Shown: positions 1-10,474, counted from the first letter of the whole stretch. The stretch is DNA of 63,947 nt, filler included, from Candidatus Hydrogenedentota bacterium (GCA_040752395.1; 14 parts of 14 records of this genome joined end to end with filler, not necessarily neighbours in it); one strand, 5' to 3'. The notes: a model not told the origin generated them from the sequence alone. Numbers and translations: made by a program.

Positions 1-168
1 TCGACTCCCGACCCCTAATATACCCCATCCCCTATGACCCATCCCCTAATATCCTTTGTGGCTTCTCCTCCTGTCTTCTGTCTTCTGTCTCCTGACTTCT
101 AATTTTTAATTTAACTTTGTGCCTCTGTGTCTCTAACTACTTTTATTATTTTAACCACTAACCACTTA
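1..168. repeat. Modular intergenic repeat locus (GACTCCC, CCCCTAA, CTGTCTY and GTGCCTCT modules)
   Basis: Shares CGACTCCCGACCCCTAA, CCCCTAATATACCCCATCCCCTA and AATATCCTTTGTG with 33301-33372. Confidence 0.75.
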
Positions 169-169
169 C

Positions 170-1315
170 TCAACATATCTGCTCATATAATTTCTTTGTT
201 TGTGCTGCGATATAATCCCATGAGAAATATTCCTCAACTCTGGCTCTACCCTCTCTACCCATCTTTTCTGCCAGGGTTCTGTCTTTTAAAAGTCTGTTTA
301 CAGCATCTGCTATCTGTTTCGGGTTAGCTGGTTCTACTAAAATCCCGGTCTTTTGCGGGATTACCACCTCTAAAATCCCACCGACCGCAGATGCTACAAC
401 AGGCCGCGAACAAGCCATTGCTTCTAAATTTATTATTCCAAACGGTTCATAGATTGACGGACAGACAAATACCCGAGATGATGAGTAAAGCTGTACATAC
501 TCTTCTTCTTTCAAAAGTTTATGTATCCAGACTATGTTCTTTTTTGACTCGACTATTTTAGTCATCCGGTCTTCGTACTCTTTTGTATCAGCACCTACTG
601 CTCCAAAGACCATCTGAACGTTCTCATCTATCATCTCGCGTGCCTGAATTAGATATTCCATCCCTTTCTGAGGCGTTGGTCTGCCTACAAAAAGTATATA
701 ATTGTCAGAAATCCCGTACTCTTTTTTTAAACTATCTGAAAGCGGAGTGTATTTCCATTTGTTTAAATCAATACCGTTATGGATCACAGCAACTCGCTCC
801 TCTTTTACATTAAAATATTTTAATATATCTGCTTTCATCATATTAGAGACTGCTATTACTCTGTCTGCATTCTCTAACCCGGTTTTCTCAATCCAAGCAG
901 AGAGCTGATATCCTTTACCGAGCTGGTCTTCTTTCCATGGCCTTAACGGCTCAAGTGAATGTGAGGTTGCTACAAACGGGATCTGATATAATAATTTTAC
1001 AAGAAAGCCTGCTAAATGACCGTACCAGGTATGTGTATGCACAACATTAGAATCTATCTTATCATACACCATCGCTAAATTAGTGGAGATTGTATCTAAT
1101 GCAGGCGAAAAAATCGGTATCGGCTCTTTTTTTAATCTCTCCCAACCCTTGTAACCTTTAACAATTTTTGAGACCTCTTTTATATCCTGGTCACCAAAAC
1201 ATCTGACCTCGACCTCCATCAGTTTAGAAAGCGCCTCGGATAAATAACGTAAATGAACCCCGGCACCACCATACACATACGGCGGATACTCACGTGCAAT
1301 AAATGTTACTTTCAT
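170..1315 (-). CDS. glgM: GT4 glycogen synthase family protein, GlgA/GlgM type (probable maltose-1-phosphate synthase)
   Basis: Motifs REYPPYVYGGAGVH, HTHTWY, HSLEPLRPWKEDQLG and YEPFGIINLEAMAC. ATG at 1315 has an AGGAGG RBS. Adjacent to glgE. Confidence 0.85.
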   Translation of the reverse strand: MKVTFIAREYPPYVYGGAGVHLRYLSEALSKLMEVEVRCFGDQDIKEVSKIVKGYKGWERLKKEPIPIFSPALDTISTNLAMVYDKIDSNVVHTHTWYGHLAGFLVKLLYQIPFVATSHSLEPLRPWKEDQLGKGYQLSAWIEKTGLENADRVIAVSNMMKADILKYFNVKEERVAVIHNGIDLNKWKYTPLSDSLKKEYGISDNYILFVGRPTPQKGMEYLIQAREMIDENVQMVFGAVGADTKEYEDRMTKIVESKKNIVWIHKLLKEEEYVQLYSSSRVFVCPSIYEPFGIINLEAMACSRPVVASAVGGILEVVIPQKTGILVEPANPKQIADAVNRLLKDRTLAEKMGREGRARVEEYFSWDYIAAQTKKLYEQIC

Positions 1316-1326
1316 CGTTACCTCCT

Positions 1327-1400
1327 TTTCTTGCTTCTTGCTTCTTTCATTATCTTTCTTTTCCATTATCTTGCTTCTTGCTTCTTGCTTCTTGCTTCTA
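1327..1400. repeat. (CTTGCTT)n / TTATCTT module between glgE and glgM
   Basis: Heptamer array, the reverse complement of the AAGCAAG module at 3390, 20710 and 34915. Confidence 0.85.
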
Positions 1401-1406
1401 ATATAT

Positions 1407-3344
1407 CTAATGTCCTGGTGCTGTAATATATGCATTAATTATCGAGCTATAACCCCTGGACTGACTGATCTTATTTATACTCTCAGTATAAACCTCATCA
1501 TAGGTCTGTCCTATATAAACTTTAGGAACAATATTATTCTTATAAAACTCTGCTAACTCACGACGAGTATAAACATCATTCCGCGTTGTCACTATCTCTC
1601 TTAACCTGAAAAATGTCTCTATATCTTTTGTACTCTGTATCATAGACTGATTATCTTCAGGTAAAGGCTCTATCTTTTTCTTTGCTTGCTCGATCCTGAA
1701 AATATAACAAGGTTCATATTGTGGGTTTAATCTAACATAAATGTCATCATTTCTTAGCCAATATCTATGATTTGTGATAAGCTCAACAATCTGATAATCA
1801 CTCCCTGAAACTATACCAATATCCTCCAGAGGAAGTGTTACTCTTGAATCTTCTGTTCCATAAACATTTAGATTTATGACAACGAGTATCCTGTTTTTTC
1901 TATCCTGAGAGACTTTTATATAAGCTATCACATTATCACTCGTTGAATTACAGAATTTGAGATTATCATAGTATCGCAATGCAGGATTTGTCTTCCTTAT
2001 ATTATTCAATATACTGATATAATCTTTGATATTACCAGCTCTATTCCAGTCCCATACCTTGTATTCGTATTTTTCTGAATTTCTGTAAATCTCCGTGCCT
2101 TCAAATGCATTAGCTTCGCATAGTTCATAACCATTATACATCCCATAAGAAGACGAGAGCGTAGAAGCCAGTGCGATCCTCATCTTAAATGCCGCTCGTC
2201 CGCCTTTCTGAATTATCGGTGGACAGATATCAGGTGTATTTGTAAAGAGGTTACCCCTTAAAAAATATTTTAATGGGGGTGAAGTGAGCTTGGTAAAATA
2301 TTCAAGAACCTCGTTTTTGTTGTTTCGCCAGGTAAAATATGTATACGATTGAGTAAATCCTATCTTGGCTAATTCCTCCAACTTCTCATAATAGGTAAAT
2401 GCTTCGGATAATAATATTACATCAGGATACTCTTTCTTGAGCTCTCTTATAAGCCATTCCCAAAATTCTGATGGTTTGGTATGCGGATTATCAATCCTGA
2501 AAATCTTTATATTATGTGAGATCCAATATAAAAATATAGACTTTATCTCGTTCCAGAGTTCTTCTCTGTTTTCTGGATAAAAATTAAGCGGGTAAATATC
2601 TTCATATTTTTTAGGTGGGTTCTCTGCATAAGCAATGCTTCCATCAGCCCTTTTATAAAACCACTCAGGATGCTCTCTAACATAAGGATGATCAGGCGAA
2701 CAATTAAATGCTATATCAAGTGCAATCTTAAAGCCCATCTCCTCTGCTTTTTTTACAAAGCTATCAAACTCATCTATCGTACCTAACTCAGGATTAATAG
2801 CTTTATGACCACCGGCTTGGTTTCCAATAGCCCAGGGTGACCCGGGATCATTTGGACCTGCAATAACCGAGTTATTAGGTCCTTTACGTTTCGTTATGCC
2901 TATGGGATGAACTGGTGGTAGATATATTACATCAAACCCCATATTTTTTATATCACTTAACCGTTCTTCCATATCAGCAAATGTCGCGCTTTTACCAGGA
3001 ACCTTTCCCTGTGACCGATGAAACATCTCATACCACGCAGAAAATCGAGCCTCAATAGGCTCTACAAAAATCTGCTGAGTAAACGAATTATCTACCTTAT
3101 ATTCATAAATCCCAAGCTTATTAAACTTTATTACTCCTTCATATTTTGTAGCTGTAATCTTTTTCATTTTCTTTGTTTTCCATTGACTGGTCGTTGGTGA
3201 AAGCTGACGGTATTTTAAAAGAGGTGATGATTTAGAAGAGCTCTTAGAAACCTCGCAATACACATAAAATTCCCGATCGACCTCTGTTTTAATCGGGTAT
3301 CTGCCACCATCTAATTGTGGATATATATTCGTTATCATTACCAT
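1407..3344 (-). CDS. glgE: alpha-1,4-glucan:maltose-1-phosphate maltosyltransferase (GH13), with a C-terminal extension
   Basis: Motifs WYEMF, YLPPVHPIG, GSPWAIG, AENPPKKYEDIYP, FRIDNPHTKP, GFTQSYTYFTW and NSEKYE. Confidence 0.93.
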   Translation of the reverse strand: MVMITNIYPQLDGGRYPIKTEVDREFYVYCEVSKSSSKSSPLLKYRQLSPTTSQWKTKKMKKITATKYEGVIKFNKLGIYEYKVDNSFTQQIFVEPIEARFSAWYEMFHRSQGKVPGKSATFADMEERLSDIKNMGFDVIYLPPVHPIGITKRKGPNNSVIAGPNDPGSPWAIGNQAGGHKAINPELGTIDEFDSFVKKAEEMGFKIALDIAFNCSPDHPYVREHPEWFYKRADGSIAYAENPPKKYEDIYPLNFYPENREELWNEIKSIFLYWISHNIKIFRIDNPHTKPSEFWEWLIRELKKEYPDVILLSEAFTYYEKLEELAKIGFTQSYTYFTWRNNKNEVLEYFTKLTSPPLKYFLRGNLFTNTPDICPPIIQKGGRAAFKMRIALASTLSSSYGMYNGYELCEANAFEGTEIYRNSEKYEYKVWDWNRAGNIKDYISILNNIRKTNPALRYYDNLKFCNSTSDNVIAYIKVSQDRKNRILVVINLNVYGTEDSRVTLPLEDIGIVSGSDYQIVELITNHRYWLRNDDIYVRLNPQYEPCYIFRIEQAKKKIEPLPEDNQSMIQSTKDIETFFRLREIVTTRNDVYTRRELAEFYKNNIVPKVYIGQTYDEVYTESINKISQSRGYSSIINAYITAPGH

Positions 3345-3347
3345 AAT

Positions 3348-3622
3348 AATCTCCTCTGAAAAACATTGTAACTATAATAATATCAAGTAGAAGCAAGAGG
3401 CAAGAAGCAAGAAGCAAGAAAACGTCTGAATCTCCTCTGAAAAACTTCGCAACCCTAATAATTTGGGGTACAGGCTACGGACTACAGCCGGCTGGAGCCA
3501 AAAGCCAAGAGCCTGCTGAAAAGTCTTGAGTCTTGAGTCCTGTTTTGACTCACGACTTGCGACTTGTGACTCACGACTCTTTTTATATCATCTTTAGTTT
3601 TTCATCCTTTGTGTAGAGCGCA
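3348..3622. repeat. Modular repeat chain upstream of glgE, running into the contig end
   Basis: AATCTCCTCTGAAAAAC twice (3348, 3429), then (AAGCAAG)n, CAGCCGGCTG, (GTCTTGA)n/(GACTCAC)n and TATCATCTTTAGTTTTTCATCCTTTGTGTAGAGCGCA. Confidence 0.92.
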
Positions 3623-3722
3623 NNNNNNNNNNNNNNNNNNNNNNNNNNNNNNNNNNNNNNNNNNNNTTAATTAATTAANNNNNNNNNNNNNNNNNNNNNN
3701 NNNNNNNNNNNNNNNNNNNNNN
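3623..3722. other. Artificial contig linker (N44-TTAATTAATTAA-N44), the first of 13
   Basis: Identical 100-nt linkers at 3623-3722, 7342-7441, 25613-25712, 29316-29415, 32994-33093, 36668-36767, 40313-40412, 43947-44046, 47579-47678, 51205-51304, 54789-54888, 58372-58471 and 61915-62014. Genes are truncated at them. Confidence 0.98.
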
Positions 3723-3811
3723 GCTTTTGGCTTTTGGCTCCAGCCGGCTGTAGTCCGTAGTCTGTAGCCTGTAGCCCGAATTATTAGAGTTACAGCGTTT
3801 TTTTAGAGGAG
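3723..3811. repeat. Modular repeat chain in reverse orientation, ending at the lacI RBS
   Basis: Reverse complement of the chain at 39652-39740. Ends ...GTTACAGCGTTTTTTAGAGGAG-taata-ATG. Confidence 0.92.
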
Positions 3812-3816
3812 TAATA

Positions 3817-4860
3817 ATGAGGAATCTACTTAACATTTATGATATTGCAGAACGAGCTGGTGTCTCAATTTCTACTGTCTCGCGTGTAATCAATAATAAG
3901 GATTATGTAAGCAAAGAAAAACGCGCAAAAATATTGAAAATATTAACAAAACTTAATTTTAAACCAAATAGTATCGCCCGCTCACTCGTGCTTAAAAAAC
4001 ATAATACAATCGGGGTTTTTCTTCATTATTCTGGCCTTTTATATGTAGAACTTTTTGCAAGCAGGGTACTTTCTGGTATCTCTGAATACGTAAAAGCTGA
4101 TAGCAGCTATGCCAGCCAGCAAAAACAAATTATCAATCTGCTCCTCTTCTTCTTAAATGATGATGTTGTTAATGAACAGAATATTGATGAATCTTTAAGA
4201 AGCGTCGATGGGATTTTATTATTTGATATAAGATATAATTATGATTTTATTAAGAAACTAAAAAAGATAAATATCCCTTTTGTCCTTTTAAATGAAAAAA
4301 GTGTTAATAAAGACGATAGTTTTGTAAGTATAGATAATTTTTCAGGCGGTTATATTGCGGTGAAACATCTGCTTGATATGGGTCATAAAGATATCTGTCT
4401 TGTGACCGGCAATCTGAAACTTCAATCAGGAAAAGAGAGGTTTGATGGTTCAATAAAGGCACTTAGAGAAAAAGGTATAAAAATTAAAGAATCATTTATT
4501 ATTGATGCAAATTATCTACCAGAACTTGCGAGAAAGGGGATCAAGGATATTTTTAAGAAAAAAAATAGACCAACAGCCATATTTGCAGCAAGTGATTTGA
4601 TGGCAATGGCTATTATTGATGCGTTGAAAGAAATGAATATCAGTATCCCTGATGAGGTATCAATAGTCGGTTTCGATAATAGCATCATAGCTCCTGCGCT
4701 CAATCCACCGCTTACAAGTATAGACCAGCCGCTCTTTTTGATGGGATACAGATCTGTTGAAATCCTCTCTCAACTTATAAATACAGAAGAAAAGAAACAA
4801 GCCATACAACAAATCCTGCCAGTCGAATTAATCAAAAGAGGATCAGTTAAGCAATATTGA
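3817..4860 (+). CDS. LacI-family transcriptional regulator
   Basis: HTH IYDIAERAGVSISTVSRVIN, PNSIARSL hinge, and C-terminal IPDEVSIVGFD / PPLTSIDQP. Confidence 0.95.
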   Translation: MRNLLNIYDIAERAGVSISTVSRVINNKDYVSKEKRAKILKILTKLNFKPNSIARSLVLKKHNTIGVFLHYSGLLYVELFASRVLSGISEYVKADSSYASQQKQIINLLLFFLNDDVVNEQNIDESLRSVDGILLFDIRYNYDFIKKLKKINIPFVLLNEKSVNKDDSFVSIDNFSGGYIAVKHLLDMGHKDICLVTGNLKLQSGKERFDGSIKALREKGIKIKESFIIDANYLPELARKGIKDIFKKKNRPTAIFAASDLMAMAIIDALKEMNISIPDEVSIVGFDNSIIAPALNPPLTSIDQPLFLMGYRSVEILSQLINTEEKKQAIQQILPVELIKRGSVKQY

Positions 4861-4890
4861 GAAGTTTGGGATTCCTAATATCTTGTATGC

Positions 4891-6087
4891 TCAAAGCTTA
4901 TTTTTTAATTCTTTAATATCGGGTCCAATTTTAATCAGAGAATCTATATCAACTGATTTGAAGGCTGAATCGATATCCTTCAAGCCACAACCAGTTAATA
5001 AGACAATAATTTTTTTATCTTTATCAATAATGTTATCCAGGGCTTTTATACATCCAGCAAAAGAAGCAGAAGAAGCAGGTTCGGAAAATATACCACTTAA
5101 ACTTGCAAGTTCTTTCATAGCAGATAGGATCTCATTATCTGATACAGTAATAGCATCACCCTGACTACGTTTTATAGCACGTAGAGCAGCATCACCATCA
5201 CGTGGAAAATCTACTGATATAGAGTCAGCTAAAGTGTTACTTGAGGTCTTCTCAATGGGCTTATTAGACTTGTAAGCATTGAAAATAGCAGCACTTCCTT
5301 CGGCTTGTACCGCGAGAATTTTAGGCTCGTTTTTTATTAAATTAAATTCTTTAAGCTCATAAAACCCTTTCTCAACCCCACTTAAAATATTACCATCACC
5401 TACTGGTACAACTACCCAATCAGGCACCTCCCCTTTTAATTGTTCATAGATTTCAAAACTAACTGTTTTTTTACCCTCTCGCGTAAATGGATTATAGCCA
5501 GTATTTCTGTTATACCACCCAAACTCTTTACCTGCGTTTAAAGATAAATCAAAAGCATCATCATAAGTACCCTGCACAATAAAAACCCTTGAGCCATATA
5601 TTAAAAGTTGAGCTATTTTTGCTTTTGGTGCTGTATGCGGAACAAAAATAATAGGTTTTATACCGATTGATGCTGATAAACAGGATAGACTTGATGCCGC
5701 GTTACCAGTTGATGCACCACAGATTTCTTTATACCCACTTTCTCTGAAATGTGCTAAAGCTACTGCACTTGCCCTGTCTTTAAAAGAATACGAGGGGAGC
5801 CTACCCTCGTCTTTAAGGAATAATTTAGGTATTTTATATTTTTCATTTATACGTTTAGGCCGAATTAACGGGGTATTACCAATAATTAAATCAGGTAAGT
5901 TTGATGCTGTTTGTATCGGTAATAACTTTCTATAACGCGATAGCCCTTTACCAGGTTCTGGGAAAATCCCAATTTTTTCTTTATAATCAAATATAACCTC
6001 GAGGTTTCCACCGCATCTCTTGCATACGAATGATTCTTTTGGATCATTTTCAGTGTTACATCTGATACATTTTGTAATAAATTCCAT
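4891..6087 (-). CDS. thrC: Threonine synthase-like PLP enzyme (fold type II) with N-terminal Zn ribbon
   Basis: CxxC...CxxC, GNTPL, PSYSFKDR (PLP lysine), ASTGNA, EGKKT, VPVGDG and LTGCGLK. The substrate may not be phosphohomoserine. Confidence 0.7.
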   Translation of the reverse strand: MEFITKCIRCNTENDPKESFVCKRCGGNLEVIFDYKEKIGIFPEPGKGLSRYRKLLPIQTASNLPDLIIGNTPLIRPKRINEKYKIPKLFLKDEGRLPSYSFKDRASAVALAHFRESGYKEICGASTGNAASSLSCLSASIGIKPIIFVPHTAPKAKIAQLLIYGSRVFIVQGTYDDAFDLSLNAGKEFGWYNRNTGYNPFTREGKKTVSFEIYEQLKGEVPDWVVVPVGDGNILSGVEKGFYELKEFNLIKNEPKILAVQAEGSAAIFNAYKSNKPIEKTSSNTLADSISVDFPRDGDAALRAIKRSQGDAITVSDNEILSAMKELASLSGIFSEPASSASFAGCIKALDNIIDKDKKIIVLLTGCGLKDIDSAFKSVDIDSLIKIGPDIKELKNKL

Positions 6088-6100
6088 ATTATATTATTAA

Positions 6101-7288
6101 TTAAGTGATACGTTTATTATTCTTTCTTAACAAAATATCAATTACACCTACGGGGTCTTTAAACCGTGCAAGTAGAATCATAGCAGCGATAATAAAAGGT
6201 TTATAGCCTGCTTGTTTATAAGTATCGATTCTATATTTTTCAAAAACGCTTGCAGATACTTCACCCTCTTTACAGGAAACCGAAGAGATATCAGCTGGCA
6301 GGCAATGCATATATAGTGCTTTACCTTTCTTTGTCAGTTTCATCATTTTTTCATTACATTCCCATTTTTTAAATTTTGCATTATTAGCGAGACAATGTTT
6401 TTCAAGTTCTTTTAACGCTGCTTCATTTTTTTCTTTAAGTAGCGATGTCCTCTGCTGCATCACATATAACGGAGCCCAGCTTTTAGGATACACTATATCA
6501 GCATCTTTAAACGCGGTCTCCATAGAGTTAGTAATAGTAAATTTCGAGCCTGATCTTTGTGCATTAGTTTTAGCAACCTCAATGACTTCTGGTAAAAGGT
6601 CGTATCCTTTAGGATTTGCAAGCTCTACCTCCATCCCAAATCTTGTCATCAAACCAATTATACCCTGTGGTACTGAGAGTGGTTTACCGTAAGTTGGGGA
6701 ATATGCCCATGTCGTTGCGATTTTTTTACCTCTCAATTTATCGATGCCACCAAAGTATTCAATCATATATGATAGATCAGCCAGTGTTTGAGTTGGGTGG
6801 TCAATATCGCACTGGCAATTAATAACCACAGGTCTCTGATGTAGAACACCATTTTTATAACCGTCGTCAAGTGCAGAAGCTACCTCTCTCATATATTTAT
6901 TTCCTTCACCAAGATACATATCATCGCGAATACCAATAACTTCAGCTAAAAATGAGACCATATTTGCGGTCTCTCTTACTGTCTCACCGTGAGCGATTTG
7001 AGATTTACCTTCATCAAGGTCAATTACCTGTAGTCCCAGTAGATTAGAAGCGGACGCAAGCGAGAACCGAGTTCTTGTTGACTGGTCTTTGAAGATTGAG
7101 ATAGCGATCCCACTCTTGAAAACTTTAAGTGATATATTTTTCTTATGCATTCCTTTTAGAAGTTTTGCAAGTAAGAGTGTTGCTTTAATATCTGCATCGC
7201 TCCGCTCCCAGGTAAGCAGAAAATCTTTCCCGTACATACTGAATTTACACTCTTTTAACTTCGAAACGAGGCCCCTCATTTCTGACAT
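6101..7288 (-). CDS. ygeW: Knotted carbamoyltransferase YgeW
   Basis: DQSTRTRFS, SQIAHGETVRETANM, DIDHPTQ, WAYSPTYGKPLSVPQG, YPKSWAP and HCLPADI. Confidence 0.92.
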   Translation of the reverse strand: MSEMRGLVSKLKECKFSMYGKDFLLTWERSDADIKATLLLAKLLKGMHKKNISLKVFKSGIAISIFKDQSTRTRFSLASASNLLGLQVIDLDEGKSQIAHGETVRETANMVSFLAEVIGIRDDMYLGEGNKYMREVASALDDGYKNGVLHQRPVVINCQCDIDHPTQTLADLSYMIEYFGGIDKLRGKKIATTWAYSPTYGKPLSVPQGIIGLMTRFGMEVELANPKGYDLLPEVIEVAKTNAQRSGSKFTITNSMETAFKDADIVYPKSWAPLYVMQQRTSLLKEKNEAALKELEKHCLANNAKFKKWECNEKMMKLTKKGKALYMHCLPADISSVSCKEGEVSASVFEKYRIDTYKQAGYKPFIIAAMILLARFKDPVGVIDILLRKNNKRIT

Positions 7289-7297
7289 CACATATCC

Positions 7298-7341
7298 CTC
7301 CTATGACAAGTAAGAAGTGAGAAGTATCAGGACAGGCTACA
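7298..7341. repeat. Start of a repeat chain at the ygeW RBS, broken by the contig end
   Basis: CTCC-TATGACAAGTAAGAAGTGAGAAGTATCAGGACAGGCTACA. Same modules as 20755-20785 and 60055-60090. Confidence 0.85.
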
Positions 7342-7441
7342 NNNNNNNNNNNNNNNNNNNNNNNNNNNNNNNNNNNNNNNNNNNNTTAATTAATTAANNN
7401 NNNNNNNNNNNNNNNNNNNNNNNNNNNNNNNNNNNNNNNNN

Positions 7442-8273
7442 AGTTGTCTTTAATGCTGGTTTTCAAAATATTTAATGTAGTTTCCTGTTTTACCAGTGGG
7501 AAATCGCTTCCGAATATAAGTCGCTCACATCCTAAATTCTGTAATGCTTTTAATATTGTTTTTGGGGGTTGAAAACTCGTATCAAGATATATATTCTTAA
7601 ATTTCAGTGCCATCTCTATTACGATATTGTAATATTCAAGCCCCATATGTACAAATATGAATTTCATTTTTGGAAACTTTTTTAATAGATTGATAAAGTT
7701 TTCAGGGTATGCAAATTTTTCAGCATCAATTTTAATAAACCCTGCTCTGGCTGGACCTGTGTGAAAACAAACGGGTAGATTATATTTTGAAAATTCTTCT
7801 AAAATATTAGCTATTCTCTCGTCTTCTGGATGAATTTTCTGGATGACAGGATGTATCTTTATTCCTTTGCACCCATTCTCAATATTAAATTTTAATCTGG
7901 CTAAATAATCAGTCTGTGAAAAATCAACTGATGCAAAGGGTATAAATTCTTGATATTTTTTTGACAATTCTATTACATACTCAGTTTTAACATTAGGTTC
8001 AATCGGTAAAAGTATCGCTTTGTTTACACCGTTCTTTTTAAAAATTTCAATATAAGTTTCTGGTTTACATAATTGAACACGTTTGCAACTCTCCATATAT
8101 GCTATATCACCAAGTAATCTACTGCTATTTTTTTTTGATCTTGGATACGGTCTATTAAACTTTAAAAGCTCAAGTATTGAAACCAACCCAAACGGTATCT
8201 TATCTAAAGGATATTGTATTTGCGTACCTGTGTAGATATCACCAATATGTGTATGTGCATCAATTATATTCAT
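7442..8273 (-). CDS. Amidohydrolase-2 family protein (3' truncated)
   Basis: IIDAHTH, GIKIHP, FHTG, HMG, YLDTS and LIFGSDFP. Confidence 0.85.
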
Positions 8274-10425
8274 CAGCGATGTCCTTAATTGATTCTATAA
8301 TATAATCTATTTCTGCATCAGTAAGTCTTGGGTAAAATGGTATTGATATAGTTTCACTTCCTATTCGTTCACTAACAGGAAACATTCCTTTTTTGTACCC
8401 GTATTTTTCAGCATAATATTTCATAAGATGTATGGGTTTATAATTGACAGCTACGCCTATGCCTTTATCCTGAAGTTTATATATGAACTCATCTCTGATA
8501 TCAGCCCTGACCCATATTGTGAAAAGATGTCTTGAATGTTTTACATTGTGGAGTATCGCGGGAAGGCGTATATTTTTTATTTTTGATAAACCTTCATAAT
8601 ATCTATTAGCTATTCTTTCTCTTTTACTTAGAAGTTCCTCAATCCTCGATAACTGTCCGATCAAAAGAGCAGCATCTACGTTTGACATATTCGCTTTGTA
8701 TCCCAGTAATTCCATATCAAATTGTTTAAATCTACCTGAATATCTGGTTGCAGCATCAGCAGAAAGCCCGTGTAACCTCAGCTTCACCAGTGTATTAGCC
8801 AGTTCCTCATTATTGGTACCAATAGCGCCGCCCTCACCACTTGTAATATTCTTTGTAGCATAAAAACTAAAACAGGCTGCATCTGAAACCGCTCCTGGTC
8901 TTATATCATCCCGTACGCCTTCAACACAATGAGCACAATCTTCAATAAGATATAGTTTATGTTTTTTTGCTATTTGTGAAATTTTCTTCATATCACACAT
9001 ATGGCCATAAAGATGGACAGGAAGGATAGCTTTTGTTTTTTCTGTTATTGCATCCTCAATAAGATTAGCATCGATATTTCCTGTTTCTTCTTCAACATCG
9101 ATAAATACAGGTTTTGCTCCGCAATGTTCGATAGCATTCGCAGTTGCTACAAATGACATCGGAGTAGTAATAACTTCATCGTCTTGAGTTATGCCCAAAG
9201 CTTTTAATACAAGAAACAAGGACTCTGTACAGCTCGTTGTCCCTATAACCCTTTTTACTCCAAGATATTCACTTAAATCAGTTTCAAACTTTTTTGTTAT
9301 GTTTCCAGTAGTAAGAAAGATTGAATATAAAGTCTGTTGAACATTTAATATATCTTTTTCGTCGATATTATGTTTATAAAATTCCACTGTTCTTTTTATA
9401 ATATGTTTATCTTTTTCCTCGAGCATCGGGTTAAACTTTGTAAGATTGATATATCTTTCTGTAGTTACAGTCATCTCATCTTTATCACCTTCAAACTTTA
9501 CCACACCTTTTGCTAAAGCATCACGTATCTTGATTATGGCTTCTGGCACATTATGAGCAGGCACAAAATCAAGCACCTTCTTTATTTTCTCAAAAGATAC
9601 ATTATAGGTTCTTATATCCTGGTCTTCAGGGACTTTAATCAATTTAGCATCTGGTATTATATCATTTATCATATTTGCAACAGTAATGACTCTGAAATTC
9701 TGGTCATCACTCCCCACATTAAAAATCTCTCCAGCCACTTTTTCACGTTTGGAATTTATAATTTTTAGAAAAGCAGTTGCGGCATCTTCAACCTGCACAA
9801 GCGGTCTCCATTGTTCCCCACCACCGACCACAAAGATTTTCTTATCTTTAAATGCACGCGCAGTCATAATGTTTACAAGTAAATCAAACCTCATCCTTTT
9901 TGAAAGCCCATAAAATGTCCCGTTTCTTAAAACCGTTACAGCGAAATTTTTGTCACACATATTAAATAAGGCTTCTTCAACTATGAGTTTACACTTGGCA
10001 TAAAGAGAGACAGGTTTACATTTGGAGTCTTCTTTTAAAAATAAAGTATCACCAGAACCATACACACTGCAGGACGATGAGAATATCAATTGTTTCACCC
10101 CTGATTCTTTTGCGGCTTTTGCAAGGTTAATAGAGCCATCACGATTAATAGCCAGTGTTAAATCAGGATTTAGCGCGCAGGACGGGTCGTTTGAAAGCCC
10201 GCTTACATCTATCAAAACATCAATATTGTTAAAAGTCTCCCTGGGTATCCATCGAATATCACACTTTAATAACTCAAAATTAGGGTTTGTTTTAAAACTA
10301 TCAAGAGAAGCTTCACCAAAGAAACATCGATCCAGTACGCGAACAAAATGATTGTTCTCAAGTAACAATTTTACAAGCACTGTGCCAAGATAACCCGCAC
10401 CACCTGCTATAAGTAGATTAGCCAT
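8260..10425 (-). CDS. Fusion of NAD-dependent epimerase/dehydratase (extended SDR) and DegT/DnrJ sugar aminotransferase
   Basis: N-half has GGAGYLG, SSSCSVYG and YAKCK. C-half has SFVATAN, PVHLYG, EDCAH and FSFYATKNITSGEGG. ATG at 10425 has a GGAG RBS. Confidence 0.9.
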   Translation of the reverse strand: MANLLIAGGAGYLGTVLVKLLLENNHFVRVLDRCFFGEASLDSFKTNPNFELLKCDIRWIPRETFNNIDVLIDVSGLSNDPSCALNPDLTLAINRDGSINLAKAAKESGVKQLIFSSSCSVYGSGDTLFLKEDSKCKPVSLYAKCKLIVEEALFNMCDKNFAVTVLRNGTFYGLSKRMRFDLLVNIMTARAFKDKKIFVVGGGEQWRPLVQVEDAATAFLKIINSKREKVAGEIFNVGSDDQNFRVITVANMINDIIPDAKLIKVPEDQDIRTYNVSFEKIKKVLDFVPAHNVPEAIIKIRDALAKGVVKFEGDKDEMTVTTERYINLTKFNPMLEEKDKHIIKRTVEFYKHNIDEKDILNVQQTLYSIFLTTGNITKKFETDLSEYLGVKRVIGTTSCTESLFLVLKALGITQDDEVITTPMSFVATANAIEHCGAKPVFIDVEEETGNIDANLIEDAITEKTKAILPVHLYGHMCDMKKISQIAKKHKLYLIEDCAHCVEGVRDDIRPGAVSDAACFSFYATKNITSGEGGAIGTNNEELANTLVKLRLHGLSADAATRYSGRFKQFDMELLGYKANMSNVDAALLIGQLSRIEELLSKRERIANRYYEGLSKIKNIRLPAILHNVKHSRHLFTIWVRADIRDEFIYKLQDKGIGVAVNYKPIHLMKYYAEKYGYKKGMFPVSERIGSETISIPFYPRLTDAEIDYIIESIKDIADEYN

Positions 10426-10432
10426 TGTAGTA

Positions 10433-10474
10433 CTCCTATAAAGAAGCAAGAAGTGGGAAGTGAGAGGTATCAGA
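10433..10474. repeat. Short repeat chain between the wbqC-like gene and the SDR-DegT gene
   Basis: CTCC-TATAAAGAAGCAAGAAGTGGGAAGTGAGAGGTATCAG. Contains the RBS of one gene and the stop codon of the other. Confidence 0.8.

Noticed and set aside
1316-1435. N-terminal extensions in the ORF track for glgM, SDR-DegT, pap, purH, PIN, TauE and SGNH
   Set aside because: They are read-through into repeat or leader DNA. Downstream ATGs fit the family N-termini, and several have an RBS.
3348-3811. Apparent large inverted repeat and divergent glgE/lacI arrangement
   Set aside because: The two halves are on different contigs, so adjacency and regulation cannot be inferred.
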